DNA from: Mobula hypostoma | Lineage: Eukaryota | Direction of reading: 5' to 3' | DNA: 64,000 nucleotides | Assembly: GCF_963921235.1 (NCBI RefSeq) | Contig: NC_086097.1 | Span: 128,156,001-128,220,000, forward strand | Shown: positions 22,465 to 35,255 of the stretch, piece after piece | Position numbering within the stretch: position 1 is the first letter of the stretch | How the letters are laid out: the number at the start of each line of letters is the position of its first letter | Program-made: the position numbers and the translations under genes | Notes under the pieces: generated by a model | What the model was told of the DNA's origin: nothing | Seen by the model: only the letters and a program-made list of their open reading frames with translations | Databases searched by the model: none

Positions 22465-23232
22465 TAACAAGAGATAATCCGCCAATGTGGGAAATCCAAG
22501 CACCACACACATGAAATGGTGGAGGAACTCAGCATGCCAGGCAGCATCTATGCAAAAGAAGTTGATTGGTGAAGAGATACAAGGCTGGAGAAGGGGGAGT
22601 GTGATAGGAGAGGACAAAAGACCATGGGAGATAGTAAGAAAAGGGGGAAGAGCACCAGAGGGAGGAGATGGGCATGTAAGGAGATAAGGTGAGAGAGGGA
22701 AATGGGAATGGGGAATGGGTTGCAGTTACTGAAAGTTCAAGAAATCAATGTTCATGCCATCAGATTGGAGGCTACCCAAGTGGAATATAAAGTGTGGCTC
22801 CTCCAACACCAATACTGTTACAATGAGGCCACATTCAGGTTGGAGGAACAACACCTTATATTCCATCTGTGTAGCCTCCAACTTCCACCTTAATGGCATG
22901 AACATCGATTTCTCAAGCTTCCAGTAATGCCCCCCACCTTCAGCATTACACATCCCATTTCCCTCTCTCACCTCATCTGCTTACCTGCCCATAACCTCCC
23001 TCTGCTACTCCTTCCCCTTTTCTTCCTTCCATGGCCTTCTGTCCTCTCCTTTGAGATTCCCTCTTCTCCAGCCCTGTACCTCTTTCACCTTTCAACTGCT
23101 CAGCTCTTTACTTCACTCCTCCCTCACACCCTTTTTCTCTCTAGTCCTGATGAAGGGTCTCGGCCCGAAATGCCAACTATTCTCTTTTCCATAGGTGCTG
23201 CCTGGCCTGCTGAGATCCTCCAGCATTTTGAG
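22465..23232. mobile_element. Penelope-like element pair in inverted (fold-back) orientation
   Basis: 22465-22808 is antisense and 22815-23232 is sense of the same GIY-YIG C-terminus (EATFRLEEQHLIFHL) plus terminal repeat. Confidence 0.8.
23142..23179 (+). ncRNA. Minimal type-I hammerhead ribozyme motif, decayed at stem III and the cleavage triplet
   Basis: TAGTC CTGATGA A GGG TCTCGG CCC GAAA TGCC AACTA: intact CUGAUGA and GAAA boxes, stem II GGG/CCC, stem I TAGT/ACTA. Confidence 0.6.
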
Positions 23233-23939
23233 TTACTGTTAGTAATAGTGATGATAGAACAAGCAGATTGTCACTAAACGTATACATTACTCTCTAATAT
23301 CCTTTGTCCTTCTCTGGGGTCTGCTGACTCCACAGCCACCAGTATAGCCTCTTCACTGCCTGCTGAGTTCATATGTTCTAATAACACTGAAAGAAGCATT
23401 CAGCCTATTAAGCACATACCAATTCCTAGAGCACTCCCATGGTTTGGGGCTAATTAGGGATAAATCTTAAATACCAATAATGTTACATACTATAAATGAA
23501 AAAGTAACACAAAAAATATGGGCACCAGAATCATTCACACCTGTTGTCCTTTGCCCTCTCCGGGCTGTGTAAATGCTTTGAAGCTTGTTCAAGATCGGTG
23601 GTCCAACATGTTTCCACCACAGCACAATTTTGCAAGGAGGTCTGAAATCCAACGAGGTTCGAGCCATCCAGTGTACCATTGGAAAGGATATGCCTCTCAG
23701 ATGAAGCTGTGCATGGTGCCCAGTTCGAGGCGCTGCTTGTAATTTGCCTTCCTGGCCTTTGTCAATCAGTGCGGCAGTTTACAGCTAAGGTCCATGTATT
23801 GCTAGCACGAAGTATTCTGAGAAACTACCCTTTCTTGAGGCTTTCATTCTACATGTTTGAGCTAGAGCTCAGATTATTTGGAGTGGTAGAGAGGATGATA
23901 GTGGGAAGGGAGAGGCATCTCTTTATCTATATTTCCTTA

Positions 23940-24228
23940 TGACACAGAAGGAGGCTATTTGGCTCATCAGAGCTGCACTGGTTCACAGAGCAATCCCATC
24001 CCCTCACTAACTCTTCCTATCTCCTCACTTGGAATCAACTCCCCCTAGCCACTCCAAGTCACCTACTCATTAGTGACAATATACAGCAGACAACTAATCT
24101 ACAAACTCGCATTTTGGGGATTTGAGGGGAATTCTAGACAGCCAGAGGGAGAACATGCAAACAGCAGCAGGATTGAACTTGGATTGTTGTACCTGTGAGG
24201 TAGCAGCTCTACACATTACACCATTGTG
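23940..24228 (-). mobile_element. V-SINE remnant with CR1 tail
   Basis: Antisense tail GGAGGCTATTTGGCTCATC, GGGAGAACATGCAAAC, GGATTGAAC. Confidence 0.5.
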
Positions 24229-25399
24229 TTTCTGCAGTTGTAGGGGTGGGTATTTGTCATATCATTAAGTATAAATTAAGTATTAAAGTTCCAATTCTTT
24301 CTGTGAACCTACCACTATAGAACAATTTCATGAACTTTTAGGAATTATAAAGGAAATCTTAAGAGGTTTCATGGTTGTTACCAATTTGGTAAAATGGCAA
24401 TTTTTGTGTGTGTTTATTTTATACAACAATGTAATCCTTTTAAACAAAATACAACTAATGCTGTGTGTGTTCTAAAGGATTTTTGCCTAATCGCATTTTA
24501 AAGTCTTTCCTACTTGAATTCCTATAAATATTTCATCCAACTCTTTCTTGAAAATATTATTACACTAATTTGTTTACCAGTAACTATGAATGTAAATCAT
24601 CTGACATAAGGCAACATTAACTCTTGAAAGCATGAAGCTTAATTTAATGATAGGCAATCCCATTCCTGAATGAAAAAGACCAACGCAAAGGCTCTGTGAA
24701 TAATGGTAAATAATTATAGTAGCTTATTCAGACTATTAGCTTAATCAATAAGTTCCCATTAGTGCTGTACACACCATATTATGGAAGAGGCACTATTAGT
24801 TGCTAAAAAAATGCTGTTTGAGATTCCCTCTGCTTGACTGCTCTCACAATCCGGGCTGAAAATATGGTTACTGCAAGTGAAATTCAGGTGACCACAAACC
24901 TGGGAAATCTCCACAAGACAAGATGTATTGAGACTTGGAGTAAAATGACTAATTCTGGTGTGAGTTCACTGAGAAGAGACGTATTGATTTTTAAATGATT
25001 AATAAGGACAAAATAATTGTATTTCATTAAGATGGATGGGATTTCATTTAGTCTCTCTTCTCTCTTTCCACTTCAGATGGGAAAAGAAATCAAGTCATCA
25101 TTGGTGGCACTTTTTGTTACACTGCTATGGCAACAAGGTCATTGATTAAGTGAAGGAGGTTTCTATGCTGCAAGCCAGCCCCTAGTACCTTAGCTGGCAA
25201 GATGGCCAAGACGAAAGAGACCAAAACTTGCTGATGTGATTGTGCCAAATGAAGTGCTGCAAGAGACCAAGCAACAGAAAGCGTGAAATACACACAGCTA
25301 GAAATTTGATTTACGCGACTTCGTTTTCTTCAGTCTCTGCAATTGAAAATCGGTTTAATCTGGAGCAAGTCACCTTTGTGATCATTTCTAAGTCAAATC

Positions 25400-25612
25400 A
25401 TAAGAACGTAAGAAATAGGAGCAGGAGTAGGCCATCTGGCCCATCGAGCCTGCACCACCATTCAACATGGCTGATCTGTCCGTAACCCAGCTCCATCTAC
25501 CTGCCTTTTCCCCATAACCCTTAATTCCCCTACTATGTAAAAATCTGACTGTATCTTAAATATATTTAGTGAAGAAGCCGCAACTGCTTCCCTAGGCAGA
25601 GAATTCTACAGT
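25400..25612 (-). mobile_element. CR1 3'-UTR fragment
   Basis: CATAAGAACGTAAGAAATAGGAGCAGGAGTAGGCCATC..GGCAGAGAATTC. Confidence 0.75.
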
Positions 25613-25819
25613 TAAAAATCACTTCCATCTCATGATGTGACCAGGCACTTCATGTGGTGATCTTGTGACTATGAAGTGATATCTTTGTTTCATGGTGACA
25701 TCATTTTCTGTGCGCTGGAATCAGGCCCTTCGCCTCACTATATCCATGATGACCATCAAGCATTTACCACTCAGCTAACGCACAACAGCAACTTACTTCA
25801 CAAATAACTCATGAAATAT

Positions 25820-26125
25820 ACAGGCCCTTCAGCCCAATAAGTATGTACTGATCAGCAACTACCCATTCATACTAATCCTACATTCTCTTCCCATTAAGTC
25901 TCCTCAGTTTCTACCATGCTCCTACGCGCTAGGGACAATTTACAGTAGATAATTAACCATCCACCCCGCACAACAGTGGGTTGTCGGTGGAAACCAGATC
26001 ACTTGGACAATGCCAGTGTGGTCTCAGTGAGAATGTGAAAAGTGCACATGGACAGCAGCTGAGGTCAGGAATGGTCCTCTGGCAATCTAAGGCAGATGTT
26101 CCACTACCTGCACCACTGCACTGCC
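25820..26125 (-). mobile_element. V-SINE remnant
   Basis: Antisense GGGACAATTTACAG..AATTAACC..GGAAACCAGATCAC..GAGGTCAGGA. Confidence 0.5.
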
Positions 26126-27149
26126 ACTATCTGCCCTGTAATGATACATTCTTCTACTGACCTGCTGAATGAGAAATTTGTCTAAATCCTTAGGCAACTT
26201 TCATCCCTGCTCTGAGAATCCCAGTCTCCCAGGCAGCCCCCAGCATGTATCCCACTCCTCTGTGTCACCCCTCCTCCTTCAGTTGACATCACACGTACCA
26301 ATCTACATGCCAATCTTTGTGATCTGTGTCAGTCTCCCCAAATCTCCACTACCCCAGCCTGCACCCCTATCCCACACATTGATCGTGCACGTGGCTGGTT
26401 ATTGACCCTGACCTCAGGAGAGGAGGGCTGGTTGATGTATTACTAAACATGAAAATAAGTAACTTGATCACTCCAGACAAAGAGACTGAACGTGCTGAGA
26501 TCTGGAACAACAAAAAAGCTGCAGGAGAAACTCAGTAGACTGGGCAGTATTGGTGGGGAGAGGAAGGAATCATCAGTACTCCTGGTGCAGGATTTTAACC
26601 CAAAACGTGAACAATTCATCTCCTCGCCAGACAAACTGCAATCGCACTACATTCATGAAGCTTTAGACTGCAGAAAGCAGAGGTTTTAAGCAATTTCCTA
26701 AAAGAAATTTGGTCAGCTGCATCTCAGCCATGACAACTTGCACCCACAGAAATGAGTAAAGTAGAAAATTTGGACTTCTCATCCACCAACAGCACCCACA
26801 CACTTGTTATTGCCAAGATTCACATGATAGTGTTCAGGAAAGTGAGCCAACAGCCACTGTATCCCAGCCTTACCAGAGGAACCCACTGTGCAGTGGCCAG
26901 GCTGTTGGCAGACAGTACAGATCAGTGGGCGATTCTGACACCCTCCTGAAACCTGACCACATGACGTACTTCCCCATCCAAATGAATTCTCAGCAGAATC
27001 CTCCAAGTTGGTGTATGATGATATGAGGAAAAATGTTTTCACATTACACTTCCTGTTGCCTCATGAAATAAGTCAACATAATTATGGACCTCCTCCCATC
27101 CTGCTCATTCTCCCTCCTCCCCTTTCAGACTGCATCACCTCATCACCAT

Positions 27150-28062
27150 CTTCTCAAGGGATGTGTCTTGCCATCATGCAAACCAACCTCCCCTCCACTG
27201 ACTCTGTCTATGCTTCTCATAGGATAGCAACCAGCATAATCAAGGATCCCTTCCACTCCAGTCATTCCCTTTTCTTCTCTCTCCTTTTAATCAGAACATA
27301 CAAAAGCTTGAAAGCATGTACCTGTCATGGTCCGGTCCGTGAGGTCCATATTCCGGTTCACGGTCCAGTCCATCCAGCCTCCAGCCTCCTGCCAAGCCTC
27401 GCCTCTAGCCTCATGCCTGAACACTCCAGCCTCCTGCCTCCTGCCAAGCCTCGCCTCAAGTCTCCTGCCAAGTCTCAAGTCTCTAGCCTCTAGCCTCAAG
27501 CCTGAAGACTCCAGCCTCTTGCCTCCTGCCAAGCCTCACCTCAAGTCTCCTGCCAGGTCTCCAGCCTCCTGCCAAGCCTCGCCCTGCCTGCCAGCCTAGC
27601 CTTGTCCTTGCCTAGTTCTGGGGTCCAAGCCAGAGGCAAGACCCATGTACTGGGTCCTTGTCCAGTCTCTGGCTCGGAGTCCTAGCCTGAACTCCTAGCT
27701 CTCTTGTCCAGTCCTGTTCCGGGTTCCCGGTTTTCGTGTCCATGTCCCTGCATCCTAGTCCTGTCCCTAGTACTTCAGTGTCTGTGCCTTGCTCTTGGGT
27801 CCGTTCCTAGCCACCTCCGTATGACAGTACCACTTGCTATTATCAGATTCTTGAATACATCTCTCGTATACTAGAGATGAACTCTTGATCACCCAATTTA
27901 TCTTACTGTAGCTTCTGAACTGTGCACTTTCTCTGTAACCGTAATACTATATTCTGCATTATTATTACCTTGATATACCTACAGATGGCACGATTTGTCT
28001 GGATGCCATGCATAACAAAAGGTTTTCACTGCATTTCAGAAGACTGGGTGATAATAAACCAA
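27150..28062 (+). mobile_element. Rex1/Babar 3' fragment interrupted by a solo LTR
   Basis: AGCAACCAGCATAATCAAGGATCCCTTCCAC..TACAAAAGCTTGAAAGCATGTACC; tail ATAATAAACCAATT. Confidence 0.6.
27323..27826. mobile_element. Solo LTR (probably Ty3/Gypsy type)
   Basis: Termini TGTCAT...ATGACA; perfect 5-bp TSD GTACC at 27318-27322 and 27827-27831; internal CCAGCCTCCTGCCAAGCCTC repeats. Confidence 0.85.
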
Positions 28063-28429
28063 TTACCAGTCCTAGGTCCTTTGAGTTTACAATTCACACT
28101 GAGTTTCTTTCCCATGTTCTTATTTGCTTGAGAAAGGGGTTGCTCTATGTTATTTCCAATGCCAGTTTTACAAACAACAGGGCGCTAAAGGTTCTGAAGC
28201 CTGAACAATAATTTAAAAGGATGAATGGGCTTTTTGAATATTAACTTGCATATGCTTGATGCAAATTAATAGTCATTTTATTAATATGATTTAAGTGCTT
28301 AAGCATTGATAAGCTGAAATTTTCTGTTATTTGATCATTTTTTTAGAATGTGGGTAATGATGGAATAGGAGTTGGAATTACTTTTTACCAAGATGCGGTG
28401 AAAAGTTTTAGTTTGTGTGCCCAGCACAA

Positions 28430-28780
28430 CAAGCCATACATGATTTAATCTAGGTAGTTAAAAAGGATAGCAGAATGCAGAATATAGTGTTTGAGAAAAA
28501 GTCCAGAACAGATAGACAAATGCAGCTCAAGGGCCACAACAGGGTAGATTGTGAGACCATGAATTTATCTTTATCATAGAAAAGTCTGTTCGTCTTTAAC
28601 AGCAGTATAGAAGCTTCTCATGAGTCTGGTTGTAATTGTCCTCAAGCTTTTATAGCTTCTGGTCAATGAGTGGAGGGAGTAGATAGAATGACCACTGTGG
28701 AAGTGGCCCTTGATTATATTGCCTGCTTTCCCAAGGCAGTGTGAAGTCAATGGAGAGGAGCCCACTTTGTATGATGGCAA
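28430..28780 (-). mobile_element. Rex1/Babar 3' remnant
   Basis: Minus ORF contains KAGNIIKGHFHSGHSIYSL..RSYKSLRT.TTR. Confidence 0.55.
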
Positions 28781-29029
28781 GACCCATTCCCAGTTGCCCC
28801 TGAGAAGATGGTGATGAGCTACTGCACTCCCAAAGAACTGGAGTACATTTTCCATTTGCACTCAATTGCCTAGAAAGACAGATTTCATTGAACATCCCTC
28901 CAAGAGCCTCGTTGTAATAAATTAGACTTGTGTTGCTCCATGTTCTATCATTGCCACAAGGGCAAAGTCTCAAAGTTCCATGTCTCTTTCAGTACCTCCA
29001 CCACTCATAGAGCTCTGGGTCAGAGTACA

Positions 29030-29815
29030 TGTGGGGTGATGCATTTGGAAAGGCAAACCAGCTTAGGATTTATACTCTGAATGGTAGGGCACTAGGAAGT
29101 GCAATGGAACGGAGGAACCTAGGACTACAAATCAATGGTTCAGTGAAGGAGCTGGTATAGGTAGACATGGTGGTGAAAAAGGCGTTTGGCAATCTGGCCT
29201 TCCTTAATCAAGCCTTCATTAGTCAGAGTATAGGAGCAAGAACTTCCTGTTGCATTTGTATAAATCACTGGTGAGACTGAAGTTGGAGTATGGTGTACGG
29301 TTTTGGTTACACTGTAGAGGAATATTACAGTTAAACAGGACAGAGTGCAGAAAATATTTACAAGGATGTAATCAAGGCAAGTGGGCTTGAGTTACAGGGA
29401 GAAATTGGTCAGGCTGGGTCTTTAGTCCTTGGAATATAGGAAAATGAGGAGAAAACATTAACAATTTTGCTTATTTTATTTAAAATTATGAGAAGCATAG
29501 ATGGCAACAGTCTTTTCCCCATAATAAGGGAGTCCAAAACTATGGAGCATAGGTTTAGGGTGAAAAGGTAAAGTTTTTAAAGCGGTCTGTTCTTCACAGA
29601 GAGGGTGGTGATTATATCGAATGACCTGATAGAGGAAGTGGTTGAGCAGGTACAATATATCATTTAAGAAGAACTAGGATAGAATCATGGACGGACAGGG
29701 CTTTGAAGGGTATTGGCCAAATGCAGGAAGTTGGGACTAGCTGGGTGTGCACCATGACAGCATGGACTGAATAGGCAGAAGGGCTGTATCCCTGCTGTTA
29801 TTGTGCTGACTCTGT
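29030..29815 (+). mobile_element. Old CR1 3' fragment
   Basis: TGATGCATTTGGAAAGG, GTGGTGAAAAAGGCGTTTGGC, TTCACAGAGAGGGTGGTG, CR1 tail. Confidence 0.75.
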
Positions 29816-30989
29816 ATCTCTATTAGTATTTCCTTTGCCAGTTGGTGCTCACAGTCTACTATATCTTTTTCGAAGTAGGTCGGTGCAAAATTGCCATTCA
29901 ACTTAACGTGTTACAGGGAGTTCTATTTCATTTCAAATCATTTTAGCAGCGTAAGATGTATAATGGACGAATTACAAAATGGTGATCTGAATCAGTTGGA
30001 GCTTTTGAGTATTTTAAAAATTCAGACAACAGGCAAGTGCTGGGCTGTCATGGAAACAATAGAGCGATTTATCTTTTCATTGGGTTACTGAATCTTTGCC
30101 AGTTACGTGCAAGATTAAGGGCTTTTCTCCATTCCAGTAAAATCTGTGGTTCTGATAGACAACAAAATGGAGCAAAGTGTAGTGGACATCATTACCATCT
30201 GATTTGGAAATGCTGAATAAAGCAGCTTTGATTGCACAGTGATACAGCACAGAAGGAGGCCATTTGGTCCATCATGACTTCGATCGATCAATCCATTCAG
30301 TCTCATTCCGTTGTTTTCTCCCCATAGTCCCATAATTTCTCTTCCATTCATGTAGTTATCCAATTTAGAATGCTATTATTGAATCTACTACATCAATCCC
30401 TTCAGGCAGAACACTGGTGATCATAACAACTCACTGTAAATAGAAAGTCTCATATTGCTTCTACTTAAATGACATTAAATCTGTGTCCTCTGGTGACCCA
30501 ACTCTTGTCCCACTGGGAGCTCTATCTAAAACCGTTAACGTTGCTGCCTCTTGGGTCTGGGGTTCATCCGCCACGTGCTATTTGTACGGAGCGTGCACGT
30601 TTTCTCTGTGAATCCTGTTGCTGAAGTCTGGCTGCTGGATAAATAGCAGAGGCGAGAGAATCAGCCCTTCATATATGGTACAGATGCATATGGCAGTGTG
30701 GAGACCAGGAAGCAGGCCTGGCAGAATCTACTGTAATGTTCTCAGGAAGAATAATATAAGGAAAGCACATGTGATATGGAATTTTCAGTTAAAGTGTCTG
30801 TGATTTATTGAAAGGCTCTTAACAAATTTAGGAACTCAACAAACTCACAACAACCTCATGAAATTCCCATGAAGCATTTTCTTGACGTGGACAGCAGTTA
30901 ATCACATGACACATTCCCCAAAGACATGGCAACCTTAAGGTAAAAGTTACCATCAGCAACCTATACCAAGTAACTATACATACACCTTC

Positions 30990-32794
30990 AGGGATATTGA
31001 ACTGTGTAAGGTAAGGGAAACAGGTAGGGAAGTTATGGAAACTATGATGATTAAAGAAGAGGAAGTACTGGCGCTTTTAAGGAATATAAAAGTGGATAAG
31101 TCTCTGGGTCCTGACAGGATATTCCCTAGGACCTGGAGGGAAGTTAGTGTGGAAATAGCAGGGGCTCTGACAGAAATATTTCAAATGTCATTAGAAACGG
31201 GAATGGTGCCGGAGGATTGGTGTATTGCTCATGTTGTTCCGTTGGTTAAGAAGGGTTCTAGGAGTAAACATAGGATGGGGATGATGGAGTGGAGGGATGT
31301 TGGGAGGGAGCAGCAGAGGGGTTCTGGTTGTGGATGATCAGCCATGATCACAGTGAGTGGTGGTGCTGGCTCGAGGGGCTGACTGGCCTACTCCTGCACC
31401 TATCGTCTATTGCTTATTGTCTAAACCTAGCAATTATCGGCCTGTGAGTTTGACATCAGTGGTGGGTAAATTGATGGAAAGTATTCTGAGAGATGGTAAA
31501 TATAATTATCTGGATAGACAGGGTTAGATTAGGAACAGTCAACATGGATTTGTGTGTGGAAGGTCTTGTTTAAAAAATCTTATTGAATTTTTTGAAGAGG
31601 TTACTAGGAAAGTTGACAAGGGTAAAGTGGTGGATGTTGTCTATATGGACTTCAGTAAGGCCTTTGATGGAAGGTTAGTTAGGAAGGTTCAATCGTTAAG
31701 TATTAATAATGAAGTAGTAAAATGGATTTTCAGCAGTGGCTGGATGGGAGACGCCAGAGAGCAGTGGTGGATAACTGTGTATCAGATTGGAGGACAGTGT
31801 CTAGTGGTGTGCCTCAGGAATCTGTACTGGGTCCAATGTTGTTTGTCATATACATTAATGATCTGGATGATGGGGTGATCAATCGGATGAGTAAGTATGC
31901 AGATGATACTAAGATAGATGGAGTTGTGGATAATGAAGTAGGTTTTCAAAGCTTGCAGGAGAGATTTATAGGCCAGTTAAGAAGAGTGGGCTGAAAGCTG
32001 GCAGATGGAGTTTAATCCTGATAAATGTGAGGTGCTACATTTTGGTAGGACTAATCAAAATAGGACATACATGGTAAATGGTAGGGCATTGAAGAATGCA
32101 GTAGAACAGAGGGATCTAGGAATAATGGTGCATAGTTCCCTGAAGGTAGAATGTGGATAGGGTGGTGAAGAAAGCTTTTGGTATGCTGGCCTTTATAAAT
32201 CAGAGCATTGAGTATAGGAGTTGGGACGTAACGCTGAAATTCTACAAAGCATTGGTGAGGCCAAATTTGGAGTACTATGTACAGTTCTGGTCACCGAATT
32301 ATAGGAAAGATGTCAACAAAATAGAGAATACAGAGAAGATTTACTAGAATGTTACCTACGTTTCATCACCTAAGTTACAGACAAAGGTTGAACAAGTTGG
32401 GTCTTTATTCTTTGGAGTGTAGAAGGTTGAGGGGCGACTTGATAGAGGTATTTAAAATTATGAGGGGGATAGATAGAGTTGACGTGAATAGGCTTTTTCT
32501 ATTTAGAGTGGGGGAGAATCAAACAAGAAGACATGAGTTGAGAGTTAAAGGGCAAAAGTTTAGGGGTAACATGAGGGGGAACTTCTTTACTCAGAGAGTG
32601 GTAGCAGTGGTTGAGGCAGGTTTGATGTTGTCATTTAAAGTTAAATTGGACAGCTATATGGACGGGAAAGGAACGGAGGGTTATGGGCTGAGTGCAGGTC
32701 GGTGGGACTAGGTGAGAGTAAGCGTTGGGCACAGACTAGAAGAGCCGAGATGGCCTGTTTCCGTGCTGTAATTGTTATATGGTTATATGGTTAT
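30990..32794 (+). mobile_element. CR1 LINE, 5'-truncated RT region and 3' UTR
   Basis: KVDKSLGPD.IFPR, GRSCL.NLIEFFEEVT, GVPQ.SVLGP, KYADDTK, LEY.VQFWSP; tail (GGTTATAT)n. Confidence 0.92.
31270..31421 (+). mobile_element. Short CR1-tail insertion nested in CR1, TSD TAAAC
   Basis: TAAAC at 31265-31269 and 31422-31426; removing it restores KGSRSKPSNYRPVSL. Confidence 0.8.
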
Positions 32795-34204
32795 ACACTA
32801 AAAGTGTGGAAAGACTTTGATAATTGTTACAAATTCATCAAAGCTCAATAATTTTCTCAGTGGAAATGTTGTAACTTGTGTTATATTTGCAGGCAGAATC
32901 AGATTTATTATTAATAACTTGGCTGATGTGAAATGTGTTGTTCTTTGGAAGCAGTATAGTGCAAGGCATAAAAATTACTATAAGTAAGAAATATTAAATA
33001 AATAGTGCAAAAGTGGACTAATGAGGTAGTGTTTGTGGATTCATGAACTGTTCAGAAATCTGATGATGGTAGGAAAGAAGCTGGTCCTAAAATGTTGAGA
33101 GTGAACATGTAATGAATATTCATTTCTTGGGCACTTTTTGTTCCTTTTGCTAAGCTTAACTTTCTAAACACAGCAGCTGCCACTTGTAAAGATCAAACTG
33201 TTATAAGTTAAACTTCTAACTAATATTTAGCTCCTGGTTGTAAATGGGAGCCGGTCTTCAGTTCTTAAAATATAGATAGCAAACAGAATTAAGTAATGAG
33301 TTTGAAAACACAGCTTTGCAAACAGAAGCACTGTATACAGCAGACTTAATGGCTTATAGTACCTGTGTTTGCTTCTGAAGATGTGCAGTATTAGACAACA
33401 GGTTATTTAATTTGTCTTGTTTCAAAAACAGACAACACTGGCTAAATTGTTTAATTCAAGGGAGTTTGCAGATCAGATGGAGGCAATCACTTAGTATAGC
33501 AATAACTGACTATTAATAATTTGGAATGTTTATGTTCTTTGGGAAGTTAGCTTCACAGCGTTAATCATGAAAACCTGAGATCTATGTCTCCAAGAAGCCT
33601 TGAGACTATTTGTGTTAAGAGTATCTCAAGAAATATCATATATATATGAAGTCACCCAAGAGGCAGAAAATGTAGACAACAGCTCAAGCTTATAAGGAAA
33701 AGGGTAAGAAACACCAAGAAGCATGAACTAGACTTTTTTTCCTCTGCCTTTGATTTCTGCAATGCATGGCTGGTTTGTCTACATTTTTTGGTCTGTCTTT
33801 TAGCTTGTATAAATTGTGCCTATATTTTGGAAATCCTTTGATTTTTAGAAATGGTTTGTAATTTTCATGTCTCTTATAAGTTAGACGTCCTGAATGAGTT
33901 TTAAATGTGTTTTAAGAATGTTCTTTGGATTTAAACATCTTTCACTGAAAATAAATGAACTGTGTTTTAAGTTACCTTGTTAGCTGGAAGCATCTCCTCC
34001 TTGGTAGGGAGGAGGGATCCACCACTCAAATAGTGGGTTTTGGCAGCTAAACTCCATGGAAAATTAATAGGGAAAGTAATTGGTCTTCAAAGATTTGGTA
34101 GTTACAGTATAACTTCCATTTAGTGAGGGGAGAGTACCCATGGCTGTTTATATCAGCTGAAGGTCTCCATCTGAGGTTAGAACTTTGCAGTCAGCAAATC
34201 CAAT

Positions 34205-34615
34205 ACCATCACAGGTCTTCAGTCTTTGTATCTCCTCTTCGATGTTAATAATGAGAAGTGGCACGTCCCGAATGGTGAGAATCCTTAATGATGGATGTAG
34301 CCTTTTTGAGGCACTACCTCTTGAAGATGTCCTGGATGGTAGGGAATGTTATGCCTGTGATGGACCTGGCACTACAACCCTATGCCGCCACTTGTGATCT
34401 TGTGCGTAAGAGCCTCCTTGCCAATTTTGATGTGACCAGCCAGATTGCTTCCAACCATACATCTATAGAGAGTTATTAAATGTTGATGCACAGAAACTTG
34501 AATATGCTCACTCCTTTCATCACTGACATCCTTACTGAGCACTGGAGTGTGTTCTCTTGACCTCGTAAAATCCATAATCAACTCCTTGGCATTGCCAACA
34601 TTGTTGATGAGACAC
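34205..34615 (-). mobile_element. Rex1/Babar remnant
   Basis: Antisense FKFL (AGAAACTTGAA) and GAGGCACTACCTCTTGAAGATGTCC. Confidence 0.55.
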
Positions 34616-34689
34616 TATTTAACTAAGTAATCTGCAGTTAGAGTATCTTCCATCTCTGGTTTAGGTGATCTCATTTCACTTTGACTTTT

Positions 34690-35255
34690 GTAGGAAGCTT
34701 CAAACATGGCACACCAACAGCTGTACCTCATTAGAAGCTTGAGGATAGTTGGTATGTCACAAAGTCTCTTGGAAATTGTTTATAGATTTGCAGTAGAGGG
34801 CACAGCCTGGTACTGAGGCTGCACTGCACAGGAGCATAAGAAACTGCACAGTGTTGCAGACTCAACCAGCTCTTGGGCACAACACGCCCCACATTCAATG
34901 ACATCATCAAAAAGCAGTCCTCAGAAAGGCAGCATTCATTGTGAATGACCTTCATTATCTGGATATGCTCTCTTATTTTTACTATTACCAGAGAGGAGAT
35001 ACAGAAGCCCGCAAGCCCACACTCAGTGATTCAACTTCCCCTCCTCCCTCTTCTTCACCTCCACCAACCGATTTCTGAATGGTCCATAAAACCACAAACA
35101 CTACATCGTTATTCATTTTTTACACTATTTATTTATATTATAATTTATAGTAGTCTTATGCTTTACTGCCTTATTATGATACTACTGTCACAAAACCACA
35201 AATTTCTCTTTGTATAAGACAGTGACAATTAACCTGATTCCAATTCTGATTCTGA
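34690..35255 (+). mobile_element. Rex1/Babar 3' remnant
   Basis: CAACAGCTGTACCTCATTAGAAGCTTGAGG (QQ.LY..R.LR); tail CCTGATTCCAATTCTGATTCTGA. Confidence 0.55.

Noticed and set aside
25077..25137. Signal-peptide-like exon MGKEIKSSLVALFVTLLWQQ after a good acceptor
   Set aside because: The donor (GTCATT) is weak and there is no linked downstream exon
27008..27599. Pro/Ser/Ala-rich repeat protein or CRISPR-like array
   Set aside because: Translation of tandem modules inside a solo LTR; there are no constant repeats with unique spacers, and the context is eukaryotic
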